In this document: piece after piece, positions 1-16,842 of the stretch
Layout: every line of letters begins with the position of its first letter
How positions within the stretch are numbered: the first letter of the stretch is position 1
Source of the DNA: the human T2T-CHM13v2.0 reference genome, Homo sapiens
Strand: one strand, 5' to 3'
Assembly: GCF_009914755.1 (NCBI RefSeq)
Contig: NC_060930.1
DNA: 64,000 bases
Notes under the pieces: generated by a model
Database searches by the model: none
Told to the model about the DNA's origin: nothing
Seen by the model: the letters and a program-made list of their open reading frames with translations, nothing else
Translations under genes and position numbers: made by a program

Positions 1-2997
1 TTTAGATGACCATTAGTTTTGCTTGGTCCAGAGCTGCGTTCAAGTCCTGGATATCCTTGTTAATTTTCTGTCTCATTGATCTGTCTAATATTGACAGTAG
101 GGTGTTAAAGTTTCCTACTATTATTGTTTGAGAGTCTAAGCCTCTTTGTAGGTCTCTAAGAACTTGCTTTATGAATTTTAGTGCTCCTATATTGGGTGCA
201 TATATATTTAAGATACTTAGCTCTCCTTGTTGCATTGATCTTTTTACCATTATGTAATGCCCTTCTTCGTCTCTTTTGATCTTTGTTGATTTAAAGTCTG
301 TTTTATCAGAGACCAGGATTTCAACCCCTGCCTTTTTTTTTTTTCTTTCCTTTTGCTTGGTAAATAGTCCTCCATTTCTTTATTTATAGCCTATGTATGT
401 CTTTGCACGTGAGATGGATCTCCTGAATACAGCACACTGATGGGTGTTGGCTCCTTATCCAATTTGCCAGTCTTTGTGTTTTAATTGGGGCATTTAGCCC
501 ATTTACATTTAAAGTTAATATTGTTATGTGTGAATTTGATCCTGTCACTATGATGCTAGCTGGTTATTTTGCCCACTAGTTGATGCAGTTTCTTTATAGT
601 GCCGAATGTCTTTACTATTTGGTATGTTTTTGCAGTGGCTGGTACAACTTTTTCCTTTCCATATTTAGTGCTTCCTTCAGGAGCTCTTGTAAGGCAGGCC
701 TAGTGGTGACAAAATCCCTCAGCATTTGCTTGTCTGGATTTTATTTCTCCTTCTCTTATGAAGCTTAGTTTGGCTGGATATGAAATTGTGGGTTGAAATT
801 CTTTTCCTTAACAATGTTGAATATGGGCTGCCCCTATCTTCTGGCTTGTAGGGTTTCTGGAGAGAGATCCGCTGTTAGTCTGATGGGCTTTCCTTTGTGT
901 GTAACCCGACCTTTCTCTCTGGCTGCCCTTAACATTTTTTCCTTCATTTCTACCTTGGTGAATCTGACAATTATGTATCTTGGCATTGCTCTTCTTAAGG
1001 AGTATCTTTGTGGTGTTCTCTGTATTTCTTGAATTTGAATGTGAGCTTTTCTTGCTAGACTGGGGAAGTTCTCCTGGATAATATCCTGAAAAGTGTTTTC
1101 CAACTTGGTTCTATTCTCCCCATCACTTTCAGGTACACCAATCAAACGTAGGTTTGGTCTTTTCACATAGTCCTACATTTCTTGGAGGCTGTTTGTTCCT
1201 TTTCATTTTTTTTCTCTAATCTTGTCTTCACACTTTATTTCATTAGGTTGATCTTCAATCCCTGATATCCTTTCTTCTCCTTGATCAATTCAGCTACAGA
1301 TACTTGTGTATGCTTCATGAAGTTCTCATGCTGTGTTTTTCAGCTCCATCAGGTCATTTATTTCTCTAAACTGGTTATTCTAGTTTGCAATTCCTCTAAC
1401 CTTTTGTCAGCGATCTTAGCTTCCTTGCATTGGGTTACAACATGCTCCTTTATCTTGGAGGAGATTGTTATTCCCACCTACTGAAGCCTGCTTCTGCCAA
1501 TTCATTAAATTCCTTCTCCCATCAGTTTTATTCCCTTGCTGGTGAGGAGTTTTGATCCTTTGGAGGAGAAAAGGCATTCTGGTATTTGGAATTTTCAGAC
1601 TTTTTGTGCTTGCTTTTCCTCATCTTCATGGATTTATCTACCTTTAGTCTTTGTTGTTGGTGACCTTCAAATGGGGTTTTTGTGTGGATGTCCTATTTGT
1701 TGATGTTGATGCTATTCCTTTCTGTTTGTTAGTTTTTGTTTTTGCTTTTGTTTTTTTCTAGCAGTCAGGCCCTTCTTCTGCAGGTCTGCTGGAGTTTGAT
1801 GCAGGTCCACTCCAGACTCTGCTTGCCTGGGTATCACTAGTGGAGGCTGCAGAACAGCAAAGAATGCTGCCTGTTCATTCCTCTGAAAAGTTCATCCCAG
1901 AGGGTCACCCGCCAGATGTCAGCCGGAGCTCTTCTGTATGAGGTGTCTGTCAACCCCTTCTGGAAGGTGCCTTCCAGTCAGGAGGCATGGGGGTCAGGGA
2001 TCCACCTGAGGAGGCAGTCTGTCCTTTAGCAGAGCTCAAGTGCCGTGCTGGGAGATCTGCTGCTCTTTTCAGAGTTGGCAGGCAGGAACGTTTAAGTCTG
2101 CTGAAGCTGTGCCCACAGCCACCCCCTCTCCCAGGTGCTCTGCCCCAGGGAGATGGGAGTTTTACCTATAAGCCCCTGACTGGGGCTGCTGCCTTTCTTT
2201 CAGAGATGCCCTACCCAGAGAGGAGGAATCTAGAGAGTCAGTCTGGCTACAGTGGCTTTGCTGAGCTGCAGTAGGCTTTGCCCAGTTCAAATTCCTGGCA
2301 TCTTTGTTTACACTGTGAGGAAAAAAACGCCTACTGAAGCCTCAGTAATGGAGGACGTCCCTCCCCCCACCAAGCTCGAGCATCCCAGGTGGACTTCAGA
2401 CTGCTGTGCTGGCAGTGAGAATTTCAAGCCAGTGGATCTTAGCTTGCTGGGCTCTGTGGGTGTGGGATCCAATGAGCTAGACTGCTTGGCACCCTGGCTT
2501 CAGCCTCCTTTCCAGGGGAGTTAACAGTTCTGTCTCACTGGCTTTTCAGGCACCACTGGGATATGAAAAAACTTCTGCAGCTAGCATGGTGTCTGCCCAA
2601 ATGGTCACCCAGTTTTGTGCTTAAAACCCAGGGCCATGGTGGTGTAGGCACCCCAGGGAATCCTCTGGTCTGTGGGTTGTGAAGACCATTGGAAAAGTGT
2701 AGTATCTGGGCCGGAATGCACCATTCCTCATGGCACAGTCCCTCAGGGCTTCCCTTGGCTAGGGGAGAAAGTTCCTTCATCCATTGTGCTTCACACATAA
2801 GGCAACACCCCACCCTGCTTCTGCTCACCCTCCATGAGCCACACCCACTGCCAATTCGTTGGCACTTCCTAACCAGTCCCAATGAGATGAAATGTGTATC
2901 TCAGTTGGAAATGCAGAAATCACCCAACTTCCACATTGACCTTGCTGGGAGCGGCAGACCAAAGCTATTTCTGTTAAGCCATCTTGCCAGCCACCTC
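1..2997 (-). mobile_element. LINE-1, L1PA7-like, 5' portion (intact 5' end, 5'UTR, decayed ORF1, start of ORF2); continues off the left edge
   Basis: The minus strand from 2997 reads GAGGTGGCTGGCAAGATGGC..., the L1PA7-type 5' terminus. ORF 834..1166(-) KRPNLRLIGVPESDGEN...RYIIVRFTKVEMKEKMLRAAREKG is ORF1p. ORF 2..250(-) ILNIYAPN...GNFNTLLS is the ORF2 endonuclease. Multiple frameshifts and stops. Confidence 0.95.
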
Positions 2998-7325
<4,328 letters not shown>

Positions 7326-7599
7326 ATTTATGCTAAAAAACCAATGCTTCTTACTTAGGTTCCCTATATTTACAATCACATTTATTTCGAAAAACATTCT
7401 ATATCTAATGATATATTTATAATTCTTCAATAAAATCAATGATGGCTTAAAAAAACAATGGCACTATAATTTATGTGTAAAATTAAGACTCTAATAATCA
7501 TCCTGTTAATTAGTCTTTGTTTAAGAAAACAGGGTAATGTATGGTAAATTTTTTAAGTCTAAAAATATATATGGTTAAAATAAAAAAGAGAAGAAAAGA

Positions 7600-10500
7600 A
7601 AAGGAGAAGGAAGAGTAAATGGGACTTTGTCTTGCATCTTAGGTACCAGCTAGGCCACAGTAAGGTAGAGCCCTAAGTAGGTTCTTCCAGGCCTTCGCTG
7701 TTGGACGGGATGTCTTGAACTGCCCTGGGTCAGATGAGAGCCAACTTTCCTGAAGGCAGAATCCCAGGACTAGCAGCATTCACCACAGGCTGACCGAAGA
7801 GACTTTGAGCCTTGAGTGAACATCAGCAGTAGCTAGGCAGTTCTCACTATGGGCCTGGGATGTCAGTGGCTATGGGAACACTCCTCTGTTTGTGGAAAGG
7901 AGAGGGAAGAGTAGAATTCTTTCTTGTGGTTTTGGTGCCAACCCAGCTGCAGTAGAATAGAGCACCAAGTAGATCCCTAAGATTTCTGACTCCAGGCATT
8001 GGCTCCCAGACGGCATCTCTGGACCCATTATGGGCCAGGATTAATTTGCTATCCTGAAGGGAAGAACACAAGCTTGACTGGCCGCACCAACCACTGATTG
8101 TAGAGCCCTAGGACCTTAAGCAGACAAAGAGGGTAGCCAAGCAGTGGTTACCATGAGCATTGGGCAAGATCCACTGCCCTGCTGGCTTCAAGTCTGAGCC
8201 AGCACACTCCCAGTTGTGGTGGTCACAGGGGTTCTTGTGTCAGCCCTATCCAAGCTCCAGGCAGCCCAGCACTGATAGAGACTCCATTTGTTTGGGAGTA
8301 AGCAAGGGAAGAGAACAAGAGTAACTGCCTGGTAAACCAGGGAATTCTTCTCTGTCTTATCCAAGACTACCAAGCTAGTACCTCTACACATCCGCAAGAG
8401 CCAAAGGGTTGCTGGGCTTAATGTGCCCCATAATGCAGATATGGCTGCAGTTACCAAAGATTTAAATCACAGCACCGAAGTCCCTTCAAACACCTGGAAA
8501 GCCTTCCCAAGATAGACGGGTACAAATAAACCCAGACTGAAAAGACTACAATAAACGCCTAATGCTTCAATGCCCAGACACCAGTGAACATCTACAAGTA
8601 TGGTGACTATTGAGGAAACATGACCTCACCAAACAAACTAAATAAGGCACAAGGGAACAGTCCTGGAGAAATTGAGATATGTAACCTTTCAGACAGAACA
8701 TTCAAAATAGCTGTTTTGAGAAAACCCAAAAAAATTTAAGATAACACAGAGAAGAAATTCAGAATCCTATCAGATAAATTAAACAGACACTTAAATAATT
8801 AAAATGAATCAAGCAGAAATTCTGGAGCTGAAAACTGCAGCTGACAAGCTGAAGACTGCATTAGTGTTGCTTGTCAGCAGAATTTATCAAGCAGAGGAAG
8901 GAATTAGTGAGCTTGAAGACAGGCTGGTTGAAAATACACAGTCAGAGGAGAAAAGAAAATAAAACAGAAAAGAATGAAGCATACTTAGACGACCTAGAAA
9001 ATAGCCTAAAAGTGGGCAAATCTAAGAGTTATTGGCCATAAAGAGGAGGTAGGGAGAGATCAAGATAGAAAGTTTATTTGAAGCAATAATAACAGAACTT
9101 CCCAAACCTAAAGAATGACATCAATATTCAAGTACAAGAAGGTTGCAGACAGGCAAGCAGATTTAGCCCAAAGAAGACTACCTAAAAGCATTTAATAATC
9201 AAACTTCCAAAGATCAAAGACAAGGGAAGAATCTTAAAAGCAGCAAGAGAAACAAAATAGCATACAATGGAGCTCCAGTATGTCTGGCAGCAGACTTCTC
9301 AGTGGAAACCTTATAGGTCAAGAAGGACTGGCATGACATATTTAAAGGTTGAAGGAAAAAACTTTAATCCTAAAATAGTATATCCAATGAAAATATCCTT
9401 CAAACATGAAGAAGAAATAAAGATTTTCTCAGACAAATAAAAACAGGGATTTCATCAACACCAGACCTATCCTATAAGAAATGTTAAAAGAAGTTTTTCA
9501 ATATGAAAGTAAATGATGTTAATGAGCAAAAAGAAATCATCTGAAGGTACACAACTCATGGGTAATAGTAAGTACACAGAAAAACATAGAATATTATAAC
9601 ACTGTAATTGTGATGTGTAAACTACTCATATCTTGAGTAAAAAGACTAAAAGGTGAACTGATCAAAAATAGTAACTACAACAACTTTTTAAGACATATTC
9701 AGTACAGTACAGTATAAATAGAAACAACAAACAGTTAAAATATGGGGGGGTGAAGTTAAAGTGTAAACATTTTGTTAGCTTTCTTTTTGTTTGTTAGATT
9801 GTTCATGCAATCAGTGCTAAGTTGCCATCAGTTTAAAATAATGGGTTATAAAATAGTATTTGCAAGCCTCATGGTAATCTCAAATCAAAACACATACAAC
9901 AAATACATAAAAAATAAAAAGCAAGAAATTGAAATATACCCCCAGAGAAAATCATCCTCATTAAAAAGAAGACAAGAGGGAAGGAAAAAAGAAAGAGAAG
10001 ACTATACAGCAACCAGAAAACAAATACAAAAATACAGGAGTAAGTCCTTACTTATCAACAATAACATTGAATGTAAACGGATTAACCTCTCCAATGAAAA
10101 GACACAGAATGGCTGAATGGATTTAAAAAAATCATCTGTTGCCTATGGAAAAACCACTTCACCTATAAAGACACACAGAGACTAAAAATAAAGGGAAGGA
10201 GAAAGATATCCCATGAAAATGGTAACTAAAAATAAGCAGGAATAGCTAAACTCATATCAAACAAAATAGATTTCAAGACATAAACTATAAAAAGACACAA
10301 AGAAGGTCATTACATAATAACCAGTGTCAATTCACAAGAGTATATAACAATTGTAAATATGTATGCACCCAACACTGGAGCACTCAGATATATAAAGCAA
10401 ATATTATTAGACCTAAAGAAGGAAGAAGAAAATAGACCCTGTTAAATTTATGACTGGAGATTTTAAGACCCCACTTTGGGCATTGAACAGATCATTTAGA

Positions 10501-13460
10501 CAGAAAATCAATAAGGAAACATCAAATTTAATCTGCACTATAGACCAAAAGTACCTACTAGATATTTGCATAAATTTCATGTAACAGCTGCAGAAAACAC
10601 ATTTGTCTCTTTAGCACATGGATTATTCTCAAGGACAGACTACAAGTTACGTCACAAAACAAGTCTCATAACATTCAGAAAATTAAAATAATATCAAGCA
10701 TCTTCTCTGAACATATGTAATAAAACTAGAAATCAATAACAAGAGGAATTTTTAAAACTATACAAACACATGTATATTAAACAATATGCTTTCAAATGAC
10801 CAGTGGGTCAATAAAGAAATTAAGAAGAAATTTTAAAAATTTATTGAAGAAAATAAAAATGGAAACACAACATATCAGAACCTATAGGATACAGTGAAAA
10901 CAGTACTAAGAGAGAAGTGTATAGCAATAAGCACCTACATCCAAAAAGTGGAAAAGGTTTAAATAAACAACATAACAATGCATCTTAACTAGAACAGCAA
11001 GAGCAAACCAAACCCCAAACTAGTAAAATAAATAAATAATAAACATGAGAGCAGAAATAAATAAAATTTAAACAAAAAATACAAGAAATCAATAAAATGA
11101 AAAGTTGTTTTTTAAAAAGATAAACAAAATTGACAAATTTTTAGCCAGACTAAGAAAAAAGAAAGGAGTCCCAAATAAATAAAAACAGAGATGAAAAAGG
11201 AGACATTAAAACAGATATTACAGAATTCAAAGGATCATTAGAGGCTACTATGAGTAACTATATGCCAATAACCAGAAAACCTAGGATAAATGGATGAATT
11301 TCTGGACATTTACAACCTGCCATGATTGAACCAGGAAGAAACTCAAAACCTGAACAGATCAATAACTAGCAATGAGATTAAAGCCATAATAAAAACATCC
11401 CAGCAAGAAAGAGCCTGGGACCTGATGGCTTCACTGCTGAATTTTACCAAACATTTAAAAAAAACTAATACTAATCCTATTCAAATTACTTCAAAAAATA
11501 GAGGAGGGAATACTTCCAAACTCATTCTATGAGGCCATTATTACCCTGAAACCAAAACTAAAGATACATCAAAAAAGAAAACCACAGGTCAATACCTCTG
11601 ATAAATATTGATGCAAAAATTCTCAACAAAATACTAGCAAATCAAATCCAACAACAAATTAGAAAGATCATTCATTATGACCATGTGAGATTTATCCCAG
11701 GGATGCAAAAATGGTTCAACATACACTAATCAATGTGACAATTGCATCAACAAAATGAAGGATAAAAATCATATGATTATTTTGACTGATGCTGGAAAAC
11801 ATTTGATAAAATTCAACATCTCTTTGTGATTTAAAAAATGGGTGTAGAAAGAACATACCCCAACATAATAAAAGCCATATATAACAGACCCACAGCTAGT
11901 ATCATATTGAATGGGGAAAATTGAAAGCCTTTCCTCTAACATCTGGAACATGACAAGGATGCCCACGTTCACCACTCTTATTTAGCAAAGTACTGGAGAT
12001 CCTAGCTAGAGTAATCAGACAAGATAAAGAAATAAAGGGCATCTAAATTGGAAAGTGTATTCTTGGGAAAACTGCATATCGATATGCTGAAGAATGAAAT
12101 TAGACCTCTATCTCTCACCATATACAAAAATCAAATAAAAGTGGATTAAATCCCTAAGTCTAAGACCTCAAACTATGAAACTACTAAAAGAAAACATTGG
12201 GGAAACTCCCTCAGACACTGGGATAGGCAAAGATTTCTTGAGTAATACCCCACAAGCATAGGCAGCCAAAGCAAAAATGAACAATTGGGATCAGATCAAG
12301 TTTACAACTTCTGCACAGTGAAGGAAACAATCCACAAAATGAAGAGACAATTCACAGAATGTGAGAAAATTTTTGCAAACTATCCATCTGACAAGAGATT
12401 AATAATCAGCATATATAAGTAGCTCAAACAATTCTACAGGAAAAAATCCAATAATCCAATTTTAAAATGGGCTAAAGGTCTGAATAGACATTTCTTAAAA
12501 AAAGACATGCAATGACAAACAGATACATGAAAAGGGGCTCAATATCATTGATCATCAAAGAAAGGCACAACAAAGCTACAAGGAGATATTATCTCACCAC
12601 AGTTAAAATGTCTTTTATTCAAAAGACAGGCAATAATAAATGCTGGCAAAGATGTGGAGAAAAAGGAACCCTCGTACAATATTGGTGGGGGAATGTCAAT
12701 TAGTACAACTGCTATGGAGCACATTATGGAGGTTCCTCAAAAAACTAGAAATAAAACTACCATATGATCCAGTAATCCCACCGCTAGGTATCTATCCAAA
12801 AGAAAGGACATCAGCATATTGAAGAGATAACTTTACCCCCATGTTTATCGCAGCTCTGTTCACAATAGCCAAGACTTGGAGATAAACTAAGTGTTCATCA
12901 ACAGACAAATGGATAAAGAAAATATGGTACATATACACAATGGATACTATTCAGCCATAAAAACAAATGAGATCCTGTCATTTGCAATAACATGGATGGA
13001 ACTGGAGGTCACTATGTTAAGTGAAGTAAGCCAAGCACAGAAAGATAAACTTCGCATGTTCTCACTTATCTGTGAGAGCTAAAAATTAAAACAATTAAAT
13101 TCGTGGAGATAGAGACTAAAGTGATGGTTATGAGAGGCCTCAGAGGTTAGTGGCAGGGGTGAGGGGTTGAGTAGTGGGAATGGTTAAAGAGTAAAAAAAT
13201 AGATAACATAAATAAGATCAAGTATTTAGTAGCATAACACCTTGACTACAGTCAAGAATAATGTATTTTACATTTTAGAATAACTAAAAGAATATAATTG
13301 GAATGCTTGTAACACAAAGAAATGATTAATGCCTTGAGGTGATGGATGTCCATTTACCCTTATGAGATTATTACACACTATATGCCAGTACCAAAATATC
13401 TCATGTACCATATAAACATATGTAACTCCTGTGTACCTGTGAAAAATAAAAATTAAGAAG
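7600..13460 (+). mobile_element. Older near-full-length LINE-1 (L1MA2/3-like 3' end) with an internal deletion in ORF2
   Basis: 5'UTR ~7600-8560, ORF1 remnant ~8560-9520, ORF2 remnants (11326-11532 NQEETQNLNRSITSNEI; 12640-12822; 12891-13082), and an L1MA-type 3'UTR ending ...TGTACCTGTGAAAAATAAAAATT. Confidence 0.9.
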
Positions 13461-14367
13461 AGAAAAGTTAGAGGACCTGAGACAGCCTCAGAAATGCTTA
13501 GTGCTTGCTGGGACTGCTGGTATAAGCTTTTCTGATTCTCATAAAAATCCTCTGAGAGCTAAACTTTCCATTCTTCCATAGTAGCAGGAAGAGAGACCCT
13601 AAAATAATAAAACAGGATGGCATCTCAGTCATCAATGTCATATTTGGAAACATACCTTTCAGAGAAGCCAGACATCCTGGTCCCTGGAAAAGGATGGTTA
13701 CATAGCCAAGAAGAGAAATGAAATATTTCTGAATTCCTTTGCTCAGAGTTTCCCTCTGGATATAAGACAGCTTGCTTCTGGACCCTTGATAATTAGACAT
13801 ATTACATCTTAGATTCCCTTTGAGTCCTTTTTTGAGACTCTTTCTCATCAATGCTCCCAGCCTCTATTCCCCATCCCTCAACTTTGGGTTGGACCAAGAC
13901 AAGTGGCTAACAATCTCCTCCCCAGTACTTATCTCCTCTATTGAACCTTTATCCCGTAAGGATATGGTATCAAAGGTGATCACTTGCTATTCTATCAACC
14001 CAGCCAACATTGATAGTATAATGGAAGATCACTTCTCTCCCAGCTAGGGCCCTCATCCCCTGAAGAGTTAGCATTTGTGTATTTTCCTGTAGTCCTTGTA
14101 TTGTGTCAACAAAGAGAGCACTGTACTGAAGGGACCCTCAATCCAAAGGCAAAAGTCTAGATCATTTAAATAAGCCTATAGGGCATTTTTCTAAAAGTTA
14201 AACCTAAAATCAAAACAATGAACTTTATTGTCCTCTATAGCCTACCTCAAATCCAATTCAAATCAATAAAAGATTGTTGCCCACTGTGCCTATGATTAGG
14301 GTCAGCCCTGATAGGGATTGTTGTGCTCACAGTACCACAGGCTTCTAAAGAGTAGGATGATTGTCAA

Positions 14368-16460
14368 AACAATCTACAGATTCAATGCAATCTCCATCAA
14401 AATTGCAAAGGCATTTTTTCACCAAAATAGAAAAAACAGTCCTGAAATTCATATGGAACCATGATAGACATTAAATAGCCAAGGCAATCTTGAGAAAGAA
14501 GAACAAAGGTGGAGACATCATACATTCTGATTTTAAATTATATTACAAAGATTTAATAATCAAAACAGTACGGCACTGGAATAAAAAAAAAACATATAGA
14601 CCAATGGAGCAGAATAGAGAGCCCAGAAATAAACCTACACATATACTGTCAAATAATTTTTGACAAGGGCAGCAAGAACACGCAACAGAGAAAGGATAGT
14701 CTCTTCAATAAATGGTGTTGGAAAAACTGGATATCCACATACAAAATAATGAAATTGGAGCCTTGTCTTACACCACTCACAAATAAAACAGTTCAAAATA
14801 GATTAGAGATTTAAACATAAGACCTGAAACATAAGACTCCTAGAAGGAAACATAGAGAAAAAGCTTCTCGATATTGGTCTTGGCAATTTTTGGGGGGTAT
14901 TTGACATCAAAAGCACAGACATAAAAAGCAAAAATAAATAAGTGGAACTACATCAAATGAAAAAAACTTCTGTGCAACAAAAGAAACAACAAAATAAAAA
15001 AGCAACCATGGAATAGGAGAAAATATTTGCAAACCATATATCTGATAAAGGGTTAATATCCAAATTATATAAGAATCTCCTATGACTCAATTTTTAAAAA
15101 AAACCAATTCATTTAAAAATGAGAAAAGAAACTGAATAGACACTTTTCCAAAGAAGATTTACAAATGGGCAAAAAATATATAAAAAGGAACTTGACATCA
15201 CTAATTATCAGGAAAATGCATATTAAAACTACAATAAGATATCACTTTATAGCTGTTAGAATGGCTATTACCAAAAGACAAGAGAGAAAGCATTGGTGAG
15301 GGTGTGAAGAAAAGGGAACTCTGGTACACAGTTGGTGGGAATGTAAATTGGTATAGCTATTATGGAAAACAGTCTGCAGGTTGCTCAAGAGAATTAAAAA
15401 TAGAACAACCAAATGATCCAGCAATCCCACTTCTGAGGACATAAACAAAGGAAATGAAATCTGTATGTGAAAGAGTATCTGCACTCCCTTGTTCATTGCA
15501 GTATTATTCACAATAGCCAAGATATGAAAACAATCTTAGTGTCCATCAATTGGTGAATAGATTAAAAAAAAATGCGGTACACATATACAATTGAATATTA
15601 TTCAGCTTTTAAAAAGAAGAAAGTCTTGTCATTTCTGACAACCTAGATGAACCTGGAGGACACTAAGCTAAGTAAAATAAACTAGACACAAAGGGACAAA
15701 TAATACATTATACTACTGATATCAGGAATCTAAAACAGTCCAACTCATAGAAACAGAGGGTAGAATGGTGGTTGCTGGGAGGAAGAGAACAGGGAGGTAT
15801 TAGTTGAAAGGTATAAAGTTTCAATTATACAGGGTGAATAAGTTCAAGAGATCTAATGTATAGCATAGGGACTGTATTTGTTTTCACACTGCTGTGAAGA
15901 AATACCTGAAACTGGGTAATTTATAAAGGAAAGAGGTTTAACTGACTCACAACTCCACATGGCTGGGGAGGCCTCAGGATGCTTAACAATCATGGCAGAA
16001 GGGGAAGCAAACATGTCCTTCTTCACATGGTGGCAGGAGAGAGAGAAGTGCAGAGTGAAGAGGGGGAAAAATCCCTTATAAAACCATCAGATCTTGTGAG
16101 AATTCATTCACTATCATGAGAACAGCATGGCAGAAACCACCTCCATGATTCAATTACATCCCACTTGGTCCCTCCCATGGCACATGGGGATTGTGGCAAC
16201 TATAATTCAAAATGAGATTTGGGTGGGGACACAAAGCCTAACTGTATCAGGGACTGTAATTAATAATACGGTATTGTATACTTCAAATTTGCTAAAGGAG
16301 TAGATTTTAACTGGTCTCACCACACATAAAAAAAATGAGCTATGTGAAGAAATGGATATATTTATTAGCTAACTATAGTAATGTTTACTGTATATATGCA
16401 TATCAAAACATCCCATTGTACATCCTAAATACATGTAATTTTTATAAAATTTAAATAAAA
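14368..16460 (+). mobile_element. 5'-truncated LINE-1 (L1MA8/9-like), interrupted by a THE1 LTR
   Basis: ORF2 3' half from ATCTACAGATTCAATGCAATC. L1MA-type 3'UTR (AATAAGTTCAAGAGATCTAATGTATAGCAT ... TTGCTAAAGGAGTAGATTTTAA) ending in AAATAAAA. Confidence 0.85.
15873..16249 (-). mobile_element. THE1 (THE1D-like) MaLR solo LTR inserted in the L1MA 3'UTR
   Basis: TGTA...TATCA termini, THE1 core (AAACCATCAGATCTTGTGAGA, GAGATTTGGGTGGGGACAC), and a perfect 5-bp TSD GGGAC at 15868-15872 and 16250-16254. Confidence 0.92.
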
Positions 16461-16842
16461 GTGGGGTGGCCATGAGGCTGGTTTCTCTGAGAAGTTCCAG
16501 CTGTCCCTGGGTAATTACTGATAGTGCCCCCTTCCCACTCTCTTATTCTTCTAGCTCAGGCAATTGTCTGTATGGGCACACTACTAAAAAACTAATGGTT
16601 CTGGAGGGTCCTTATGACCTGCCTTTCTCTACTGCTCTTTCACTCCTATCAAAAGCCATCTTGAGAGAACCCACCCTACCACGGCCATCTGTCCTCATTA
16701 ATATCTCCCCTGTCTCCTAGCACCCTTAAGGCTGTCAACTCTCCAAGTGTCAAACAGTGCTGTATTTCTGGGGTCTTCCATGTGCCAAAGTCACACTGTA
16801 TTCCTTGAAAAAGTAAAGAAAGCCTCCCTTCCTTTCCCTAAC

